Source of the DNA: a virus
Taxonomy: Duplodnaviria > Caudoviricetes
IMG/VR virus record: IMGVR_UViG_3300027707_000027
Location: 1 to 49,690 of that record
Strand: one strand, 5' to 3'
DNA: 49,690 nucleotides
How positions within the stretch are numbered: the stretch's first letter is position 1; each line of letters opens with the position of its first letter. The notes below the pieces were generated by a model. That model was not told the DNA's origin. It was given only the letters and a program-made list of their open reading frames with translations, and ran no database searches. The position numbers were made by a program, and so were the translations under genes. Positions 16,621 to 24,264 of the stretch are shown in pieces.

Positions 16621-19137
16621 ATGGCATACATTCGGGTGTTTGGGTTCTCTGAACCCTACAAAAATTCCAGTCCGTACTACCTTGGGTTTAGTACTGTATT
16701 CAAACAGGCTTCTGCGTCTGCAGAGGGTCAATCGAACGTTGTATCTCTTTATACCCTGCTTCGTAGTGCGTCCGCCACAGGCGTATCTAGTGAGTCGACT
16801 GTCTCTATCCACACTGCGCCAAGAGGCGCAAGTGCTGACGGATTCGGAACAACAGGGAATAACGCAATCGGTCTTCACACGTCGCCACGTGTTGCATCTG
16901 CTTCGGGTGCGGGAACATCTGCGTCAACCAAACTTAGAACTACTGGCGTGGCAGCCGCTGGAAATGGAACCTCGTCAGAAACTGCAGTAATTCTCCATAC
17001 TTCACTTCGTTCTGGCTCAATATTTGGTACATCAACAGAGTCCGCAATCAGACTTATCATATCCCCAAGAAGTGTTACTGGTTCAGGGAATGGAAGCGAG
17101 CTTGTTCTCGCCCTTCATATTGCTCCACGAACATCGACAGTTTCAGCAACTTCTTCAGAGAGTGCCACACCCCTACACACAAGTCCAAGAACAGCAAATG
17201 CTTCCGGTCTTGGCTCATCGTCAAATACTCAGCTTCACACCCATAAAAGAAACTCCTCTGCTAGTGGAGTCGGGTCGTCGAATAACTCAACCCTCCATAA
17301 CAACAAGCGAACTGGACAAGCTTCCGGTGGCGCAGATACTGGAGATTCTGCAACACCACTACACACGGCGCCAAGAGCTGCGTCATCTTCTGGTGATGGA
17401 GATTCAAGTGCTCAAGGGTTGCATCTCTCACCAAGAGATGCGTCATCCACTGGAACTGCCGACAGCGTTGTCGTCGGACTCCATGTTTCGCCAAGAAGCG
17501 GACAAGCCAATGGCGACGGTGTAGGTCAATCCACAGAACTGCATACCGCACCGCGGCAAGCCAGTGATTCAGCAGCCGGCAATTCAAGTTCAGACGGTCT
17601 CCATACTTCGCCAAGAAACGCAACTGCCGATGGTTCTGGCTCAACCGCAATTACTCAGATTCATTCACATATCAGGAATGCTTCAGGTTCTGGTTCTGGA
17701 ACATCCAACAACTCAACGTTGCACAATAACATTCGGACAGGACAGGCTTCTGGCGGTGCAACCGCTGGAGATTCTGCATCCACCCTGCATACGGGGATTA
17801 GAAATGCAAGTGCTGACGGAACATCTGATAGCAGCGTAACTCAGCTTCGTACGGTATTTGATTCAGCAACCGAAAGTGGAAATGGTGGAAGCTCTTCAAC
17901 TCCGTTGCACACTTCTCCAAGAAGTGCAAGCTCTTCAGCAACTTCCAGTTCGTCCGTTACGCAGCTCAGAACATCAATTGGTAGTGCTAGTGACTCAGCA
18001 AATGGCTCGTCTTCTGTTGACCAACTACACACAGGAATCAGAAATGCAGATGGTTCGTCTGATGGTAATTCTTCGTCAAATGGTTTAATAACAAGGTTCC
18101 GAAGCGCAAGTTCTTCTGGCTCTAGTTCTTCAATTGCCAGCTTCCATTTCGGCAAGTTGAGAAATGCTGAGGGTAGTGGCGGAGCAACGGCTGGCGATTC
18201 CGCAACAGGCTTGCATACGGCGCCAAGAACTACAAGTACGTCAGGTTCTGGTCAGGGTTTTGCTCAAGTCGGTTTCCCGAGAACCACCACATCAAGTGGT
18301 ACGGGAAGCTCGTTTGCTCAAGTTGGATTTAAGAAAAATGCAACATCATCTGGTAGTGGAAGCTCGTTTGCTCAGGTGGGAATTGTCAGAGCAGCATCAG
18401 ATACGGCGACATCCAGTGACTTTGCACAAGTTGGATTTGCAAGAATAACAACCGCATCCGGTGGCGCTACTGCTGGCGACTTTGCTCAAGTTGGTATCGT
18501 TCGAACAGCAACATCCAGTGGCGCAAGCAGCGACTTTGCGCAAGTTGGATTTGCTGGAACAGCAACAGCATCTGGCGGAGCTACTGCCGGCGACTCTGCG
18601 ACCGGACTACATACGGCTCCACGAAATGCAAGTGCTACAGCTGGGACAAGTAACGACTTTGCTCAGGTGGGTTTTGCTAGAACAATTACCGCAACTGGCG
18701 GCGCCACTGCCGGAGACTTTGCTCAGGTTGGGCTTGTTCGAACAGCGACGTCTAGTGGTATAAGCAGCGACTTTGCCCAAGTTGGATTTGCAAGGACAAC
18801 AACTGCATCTGGCGGAGCAACGGCTGGCGACTTTGCTCAGGTGGGTTTTGCAAGAACTGGTTCGGCAACGGGTGGAGCCACGGCTGGAGATTTCGCTCAA
18901 GTTGGATTCGCAAGAACGTCAACTTCGACTGGTACGAGCAGCGACTTTGCCCAGGTCGCTTTCGCACAGGTTATTACTGGTACGGGTGGGGCTACAGCCG
19001 GAGACTTTGCTCAAGTTGGAATTATTCGAACAGCAAGTGGAAGCGGTCAAGCGACATACCAAATTGCAACATGGACAAGTTCCTCTGTTGCCGGAATCCA
19101 CGCCGGTTACTGGGGAATTCAAGCCGACATCAATTAA
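16621..19137 (+). CDS. Ser/Gly/Ala/Thr-rich tandem-repeat virion protein (838 aa)
   Basis: Approximately 19-25-aa repeats: LHT(A/S)PR-type in the N-terminal part and 13 FAQV(G/A) repeats in the C-terminal part. Confidence 0.75.
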   Translation: MAYIRVFGFSEPYKNSSPYYLGFSTVFKQASASAEGQSNVVSLYTLLRSASATGVSSESTVSIHTAPRGASADGFGTTGNNAIGLHTSPRVASASGAGTSASTKLRTTGVAAAGNGTSSETAVILHTSLRSGSIFGTSTESAIRLIISPRSVTGSGNGSELVLALHIAPRTSTVSATSSESATPLHTSPRTANASGLGSSSNTQLHTHKRNSSASGVGSSNNSTLHNNKRTGQASGGADTGDSATPLHTAPRAASSSGDGDSSAQGLHLSPRDASSTGTADSVVVGLHVSPRSGQANGDGVGQSTELHTAPRQASDSAAGNSSSDGLHTSPRNATADGSGSTAITQIHSHIRNASGSGSGTSNNSTLHNNIRTGQASGGATAGDSASTLHTGIRNASADGTSDSSVTQLRTVFDSATESGNGGSSSTPLHTSPRSASSSATSSSSVTQLRTSIGSASDSANGSSSVDQLHTGIRNADGSSDGNSSSNGLITRFRSASSSGSSSSIASFHFGKLRNAEGSGGATAGDSATGLHTAPRTTSTSGSGQGFAQVGFPRTTTSSGTGSSFAQVGFKKNATSSGSGSSFAQVGIVRAASDTATSSDFAQVGFARITTASGGATAGDFAQVGIVRTATSSGASSDFAQVGFAGTATASGGATAGDSATGLHTAPRNASATAGTSNDFAQVGFARTITATGGATAGDFAQVGLVRTATSSGISSDFAQVGFARTTTASGGATAGDFAQVGFARTGSATGGATAGDFAQVGFARTSTSTGTSSDFAQVAFAQVITGTGGATAGDFAQVGIIRTASGSGQATYQIATWTSSSVAGIHAGYWGIQADIN
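18256..19030 (+). repeat. Coding tandem repeat, 13 x FAQV(G/A)xx(R) units
   Basis: Recurring (gac)tttgc(t/a/g/c)ca(a/g)gt at roughly 57-63 nt spacing, with synonymous variation. Confidence 0.8.
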
Positions 19138-19159
19138 ATGAAGTAAACTAGGAGGACTT

Positions 19160-22100
19160 ATGGCCGCATATTCAAGAAAACAATACAGTGGAGCTGCTTC
19201 GCCGACGACAACAACGTCAACCTTGACGAATGTTGGGACTTCGGTAACCCTGCTCGCAACAACTGGTTGGCCAAGCATTGCAGGAATACCTTTCTACGTT
19301 GCGATTGAGGCAGGAACAGCCAACGAGGAAAAATGCCTAGCCACCATTAGCGGCAGCACCCTCACACTTACACGCGCACAAGACGACACTACGGCTGTCG
19401 CCCATGCGATTGGTTCGTCAATTTATCCAGTATTTTCTGCAAACGACGCGGATGAAGCAAACGAACTCGTAAGCAAACTGACCACGAAGGGCGACCTGCT
19501 TGTAACTGACGGAAGCGGCCTCTTTAGACTCGGCGTCGGAGCCAATGGGTATTTTCTAAAAGCAAATAGCTCCGCATCAGTTGGGGTTGAGTGGGCATCA
19601 ATCCCAACAATAAACAACTTGGATGATGTTGGTGACGTAACGATTTCCACAGTTGAAGACGGCGATTTTCTTGTTTATGACAACACCGCATCTGCGTGGG
19701 TAAACGAGACACTTCATTTCATCACCGTTTCGGATACTGCTCCAAACGACGAAGTTTCCGAAGGAGACCTTTGGTACAACTCTCTTGAACTCGAACTGTA
19801 TACATACTATTCTGGCGTTTGGATTCAGCTAACTGCCACCCCAGAAACATCTACAGTTGAAGAACTGGACAATGTTTATGCAGACAATTTAACAGTAGGG
19901 GATGTTCTTGCGTACGACGGGTACGACTGGTACAACGACACTGTTTCAAATTTGTTTGGCTCTCACATAATTGCGTTGAGTGGTGACGTCTCTGGTTCTG
20001 TCATGTTTGATGGTTCCGCAAGTGTAAATATTTCTACAACCATCCAATCGAATGGCGTTGCTTTAGGAGCCGACACGACTGGTAGCTATGTGCAGTCCTT
20101 GGTTGCAGGAACTGGAGTTACTCTTTCAAATAATTCCGGGGAGTCAGCAACCCCAACAATTGCTATAGGTCAGGCTGTTGGCACTACGGCTTCTGTCTCG
20201 TTCGCTCATGTTGCAACCGACTCGCTAAATATTACGAATAATGTCGTTGGCGGTGGGAATATAACCTTGTCCCCAAATGTGAGTTCTTATGTAATCGGTG
20301 ATACCGGCCCAGCTGGTGGAAAAATATTCATAACCCCATCCACTTCTGGTAATACGACTGGAAAATACTTTGAAGTCGCCCCAATTGCCGGGGAAGTCAC
20401 AAGAACATGGGCTACCGACACGGACCCAGGAGTTGGACTTGGTAATGCGGCGACTACGGTTGTTGGGGCTGACGGAACAGACATTGGAACTGGTCAACAA
20501 AATACGGCAGACATTGTTGCCCAAGCAGGAAACGTGGCAGCAACTTCTGCAGCTGTCTACTGTGACCAGTACTCATACGGCGGTTTTTCAGATTGGTTCT
20601 TGCCGTCCAAGGATGAATTAAACGAATTGTATGTACAACGAAACGTCGTTGGCGGACTTACGGTTTCGTATTACTCCACCTCATCCGAGTACAGCAATGA
20701 CGCTTTTTGGTTCCAGAGCTTCATTGATGGAAACCCAAACACTCCATACAAAAATAACGCTTACTACATCCGTCCTGTTCGGTCGTTTGTTGCACCAGCT
20801 CCAGCTGGAATTGTTACTGGAAACCTAACTGGCAACGTAACTGGAAACGCATCTACTGCTACAACATTGCAAACAGCACGAACAATCTCACTTTCTGGTG
20901 ATGTTTCTGGTTCTGTTTCGTTTAACGGTTCTGCAAATGCAACTATTTCTACAGCAATTCAGCCAAACAGTGTTGCTCTTGGCACTGATACAACTGGCAA
21001 CTATATGTCAGCTCTCACCCAGGGCACCGGTGTAACGATTACGCACACCCCTAGTGAAGGCTCAAATGCGACAATCGCAATTGGGCAAGCCGTAGGAACG
21101 AGCGCATCTGTCACTTTTGCCAATTTAACAGTAACCGGAGACTTGACTGTTTCTGGAACAACAACTTCAATCAATACTGAAACACTCACCGTTGATGACA
21201 ACATCATTGTTCTTAACAACAACGCCACCGGAGCGCCTAGTCAAAACGCTGGAATAGAAGTAGAGCGTGGCTCGTCAACGAACGTTGCACTCAGGTGGAA
21301 TGAATCATCGGATAAATGGGAAACAACAAACGACGGTTCGACATACTCGGTGGTTGCAACAAATGGCAATATTGCATTAGGGACCGATACGACAGGAAAC
21401 TCTGACAACGTAACAGAGGGAACTACAAATTTATACTTCACTGACGGAAGAGCAAGAACTGCGCTTTTGGCTGATAATGCTGGAACGGCCAGCGGAATAA
21501 GGTTTATTGCACCAAACACTGGCACCGTTGAATTGATAAGCCAAGAGGCAACCAGGTTCGTGCGAGTGACTTCAAACGCTGCAGCTGGCGGTGGCAAGAC
21601 AGAGATACAGGGTTCAGCTGAAATTCTTGCATCTTCTTCTATTTCTGACCCAGGTCATCTCACTGTTGCCGGAAGCGTCACTGTGGGTGGAGGGGTTGTT
21701 TTTGAAGGTGATACTGCAAATGACTACGAAACATCCCTTGTTGTAGTAGACCCAACAGCCGACAGGACAATCACACTCCCCAACGCAGATGGAACGGTTG
21801 CGCTGAACGGTTCTATCGCATTAGGAACAGATACCACTGGCAACTACATGTCCGACCTTACACAGGGAACGGGCGTAACGATTACACATACTCCGAGCGA
21901 AGGTTCAAATGCAACTATCGCCATTGGTCAGTCTGTAGCAACTAGCGCATCGGTGACATTTGCAGACGTAACAGCAACTGGCAATGTTTCAATTTCTGGA
22001 AGAATAGACAAAACAACCGTAAGAGAATCTGTTGCAGATGTATCCGTTTCTGCAAGCGTTGTTACGGCAGACTATTCAACTGGTGATATTTTCTATGTTG

Positions 22101-22375
22101 GAACTGCTCCCGCAAGCAACTTCACGGTGAATCTTACAAACGCTCCAACTGATAATGGCAAAGCAATTACCGTTGTCTTATTTGTTACTCAGGGTGCGAC
22201 CGGTTTTTACCCGAACGTAGTCCAAGTAGCTGGTTCTGCGCAAACAATTAAGTGGGCAAACGGCGCTGCACCAACACCAACATCATCTACTGGGAAAATA
22301 GACATCTTCTCGTTTACGTTTGTGCGTCGAAGTTCTGCATGGACGGTATTCGGAAGCTCAAACCTAGGTTACTAG
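19160..22375 (+). CDS. Long tail fibre protein with an internal DUF1566/Lcl-C-like (CLec-fold) domain
   Basis: Repeated ALGTDTTGNY...GTGV...IAIGQAV.TSASV.F modules; DWFLPSKDELNELY...SSEY...RPVRSF domain; C-terminal IKWANGAAPT...DIFSF domain; SD AGGAGG. Confidence 0.8.
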   Translation: MAAYSRKQYSGAASPTTTTSTLTNVGTSVTLLATTGWPSIAGIPFYVAIEAGTANEEKCLATISGSTLTLTRAQDDTTAVAHAIGSSIYPVFSANDADEANELVSKLTTKGDLLVTDGSGLFRLGVGANGYFLKANSSASVGVEWASIPTINNLDDVGDVTISTVEDGDFLVYDNTASAWVNETLHFITVSDTAPNDEVSEGDLWYNSLELELYTYYSGVWIQLTATPETSTVEELDNVYADNLTVGDVLAYDGYDWYNDTVSNLFGSHIIALSGDVSGSVMFDGSASVNISTTIQSNGVALGADTTGSYVQSLVAGTGVTLSNNSGESATPTIAIGQAVGTTASVSFAHVATDSLNITNNVVGGGNITLSPNVSSYVIGDTGPAGGKIFITPSTSGNTTGKYFEVAPIAGEVTRTWATDTDPGVGLGNAATTVVGADGTDIGTGQQNTADIVAQAGNVAATSAAVYCDQYSYGGFSDWFLPSKDELNELYVQRNVVGGLTVSYYSTSSEYSNDAFWFQSFIDGNPNTPYKNNAYYIRPVRSFVAPAPAGIVTGNLTGNVTGNASTATTLQTARTISLSGDVSGSVSFNGSANATISTAIQPNSVALGTDTTGNYMSALTQGTGVTITHTPSEGSNATIAIGQAVGTSASVTFANLTVTGDLTVSGTTTSINTETLTVDDNIIVLNNNATGAPSQNAGIEVERGSSTNVALRWNESSDKWETTNDGSTYSVVATNGNIALGTDTTGNSDNVTEGTTNLYFTDGRARTALLADNAGTASGIRFIAPNTGTVELISQEATRFVRVTSNAAAGGGKTEIQGSAEILASSSISDPGHLTVAGSVTVGGGVVFEGDTANDYETSLVVVDPTADRTITLPNADGTVALNGSIALGTDTTGNYMSDLTQGTGVTITHTPSEGSNATIAIGQSVATSASVTFADVTATGNVSISGRIDKTTVRESVADVSVSASVVTADYSTGDIFYVGTAPASNFTVNLTNAPTDNGKAITVVLFVTQGATGFYPNVVQVAGSAQTIKWANGAAPTPTSSTGKIDIFSFTFVRRSSAWTVFGSSNLGY

Positions 22376-22376
22376 G

Positions 22377-23456
22377 ATGCCTTTTATTTCATCAGTTGCA
22401 GCGAGGCAATCTGGATTGCTGTTTGCAAACGCAGCAAAATTGATTGCTCCATTATTTGGCTCTTCAACGGGGACTTCGGGCGGTTTCACTTTTTCAATTT
22501 CAAACTACGATGCTTCTCTGACATATTCATTCTCGGCCACCAATAGCGGTAGCGCTACTCAGTCTGCCGGTTTAGTAACTGTCACTGGACTTGGTAGTGC
22601 TATTACTTCTACCGTCACTGTGACAGTAAATAAAAATGGATGGCTAACAAATTCTTCAAGTACAACCGGAACATCTCTCACTGAATTCTCAACGCAATTC
22701 ACCGTACTCGGAGGAGGAGGCTCTGAGGCTGGTGGAGCCGGTGGAATGGTTAACGGAACCATGAAACTCTATGGAGGGAGTTCGTACACTCTTACGGTTG
22801 GCGCTGGAGGAACAGGAAAAGGTAGAGGAAATAATTCTGTCCTTGGTGTCATAACCGGATTCGGTGGAGGTGGACGTGATGCTAGCTCCGGAGGCTCTGG
22901 AGCCGGTGGTTCTGGTGCAGCAACACAGACGAGTTTTAGCGGTGGAGACATTGTTGGGACAGCAACTGGATACGGATTTACTGGAGGAGCATACGGAAGC
23001 GGCGCTGACTACAATGTTGGTCACAATGGACTCGGCGGCGGTGCGGGAGCTGGAGGGAATGGTGGGGCTGGGTCGGCAGAACAGGGAGGAAACGGCGGCC
23101 CAGGTAGAGTAGACATGCTTGGTACGTCACGAGGCGGAGGCGGCGGTGGTCACTCACACAAGAACGGCGGAGGAACCAGCAAGCCGCTCGGTGGAGGCTC
23201 AGGTGGCGGTGATGGAACTAACTACAACTTTGGGTGTGATACATCCAGCGCTGGAGCAGCGAACTATGGAGCTGGCGGTGGTTCGAACTGGAATGAATGT
23301 GGAGGCTCGGATGCTGGTGGCTCCGGAATCGTAATACTTAGGTATACCGGAAGCACGCTGACATCTATTGGTGCTGGGTTGGCGTATTCACTTTCTTCAT
23401 CTGGAAGTATCAGGACTTATACATTTACAGGCGGAACAGGACTAATAACTTTCTAA
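22377..23456 (+). CDS. Glycine-rich fibre-tip/adhesin-like protein
   Basis: Many GGGG loops and a GGSGIVILRY C-terminal motif; directly follows the fibre gene. Confidence 0.75.
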   Translation: MPFISSVAARQSGLLFANAAKLIAPLFGSSTGTSGGFTFSISNYDASLTYSFSATNSGSATQSAGLVTVTGLGSAITSTVTVTVNKNGWLTNSSSTTGTSLTEFSTQFTVLGGGGSEAGGAGGMVNGTMKLYGGSSYTLTVGAGGTGKGRGNNSVLGVITGFGGGGRDASSGGSGAGGSGAATQTSFSGGDIVGTATGYGFTGGAYGSGADYNVGHNGLGGGAGAGGNGGAGSAEQGGNGGPGRVDMLGTSRGGGGGGHSHKNGGGTSKPLGGGSGGGDGTNYNFGCDTSSAGAANYGAGGGSNWNECGGSDAGGSGIVILRYTGSTLTSIGAGLAYSLSSSGSIRTYTFTGGTGLITF

Positions 23457-23800
23457 TGGCACATTACGCATTTTTAGATGAAAACAACATTGTCACCGAG
23501 GTGATTGTGGGCCGCAACGAAGATGAAGTAGTTGACGGCATATCTGACTGGGAGGAATACTACGGTTCTCTGCGTGGTCAGAGATGTCTCAGAACTTCCT
23601 ATAACCACAATATGAGGAAACAATTTGCTGGCATTGGCTTTAATTACAACGAAGAAAGAGACATCTTTGTCGCTAACCAGCCATATCCATCGTGGGTTTT
23701 GGATGAAGACTTCGACTGGGTTCCACCAATTCCATACCCATCAAGTGATAGAGGGTGTGCTCACTGGAATGAAGAAATAGGCAACTGGGATATTTACTAA
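23456..23800 (+). CDS. Conserved small phage protein accompanying Gly-rich tip proteins (possible fibre chaperone)
   Basis: MAHYAFLDENNIVTEVIV...TSYN..MRKQFAGIG..Y...D.F...QPYPSW.L...W.PP.PYP. Confidence 0.7.
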   Translation: MAHYAFLDENNIVTEVIVGRNEDEVVDGISDWEEYYGSLRGQRCLRTSYNHNMRKQFAGIGFNYNEERDIFVANQPYPSWVLDEDFDWVPPIPYPSSDRGCAHWNEEIGNWDIY

Positions 23801-23819
23801 ATCGTAGTAAGTTTGTATT

Positions 23820-24062
23820 ATGACAATAAAGACCTGGAACTACGACGACGACCTGATTCAGCTTATTTCGGAGAAATATCACATCAGTGGTAAATCTGGG
23901 GCACAAGCGATGATTGATGCTTGGACCGACATTCGAGACGGAAAGCTGATTGAGATATGCATGGAACTTAATATTCCAGAACCACTCGGTTTGATTCACG
24001 GATTAAACACCTTTTCGAAAAAGCTGATGGAAAATGAGAGACTAGAGACAATCAAAGACTAA
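23820..24062 (+). CDS. Hypothetical protein
   Basis: 80-aa ORF with its own TAAGTT-N6-ATG promoter. Confidence 0.6.
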   Translation: MTIKTWNYDDDLIQLISEKYHISGKSGAQAMIDAWTDIRDGKLIEICMELNIPEPLGLIHGLNTFSKKLMENERLETIKD

Positions 24063-24081
24063 AATATGCGATAATAAGCAC

Positions 24082-24264
24082 ATGCCAATTGCATTCCCTG
24101 CCTCTCCGTCAACAAATGATGAGTTTTTTGTTGCGGGTAAATCCTGGAAATGGAATGGGTTCCGATGGCAGAAGTTTAAATCTGCGATAATTGACGGCGG
24201 GTTTGCCAATATCGAAATAGGTTTGGGCAATGATGCAGAAGTTGCTGACGGAGGCGATGCTTAA
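24082..24264 (+). CDS. Small virion-associated protein
   Basis: MPIAFPASPS.N.....GKSWKWNG..W motif, also at the N-terminus of the 30227 gene; coupled to the next gene. Confidence 0.65.
   Translation: MPIAFPASPSTNDEFFVAGKSWKWNGFRWQKFKSAIIDGGFANIEIGLGNDAEVADGGDA

Noticed and set aside
18256-19030. Regularly spaced DNA repeats resembling a CRISPR array
   Set aside because: The repeats are degenerate at synonymous positions, the intervening segments resemble each other, and everything lies in frame within a long ORF. No cas genes are present.
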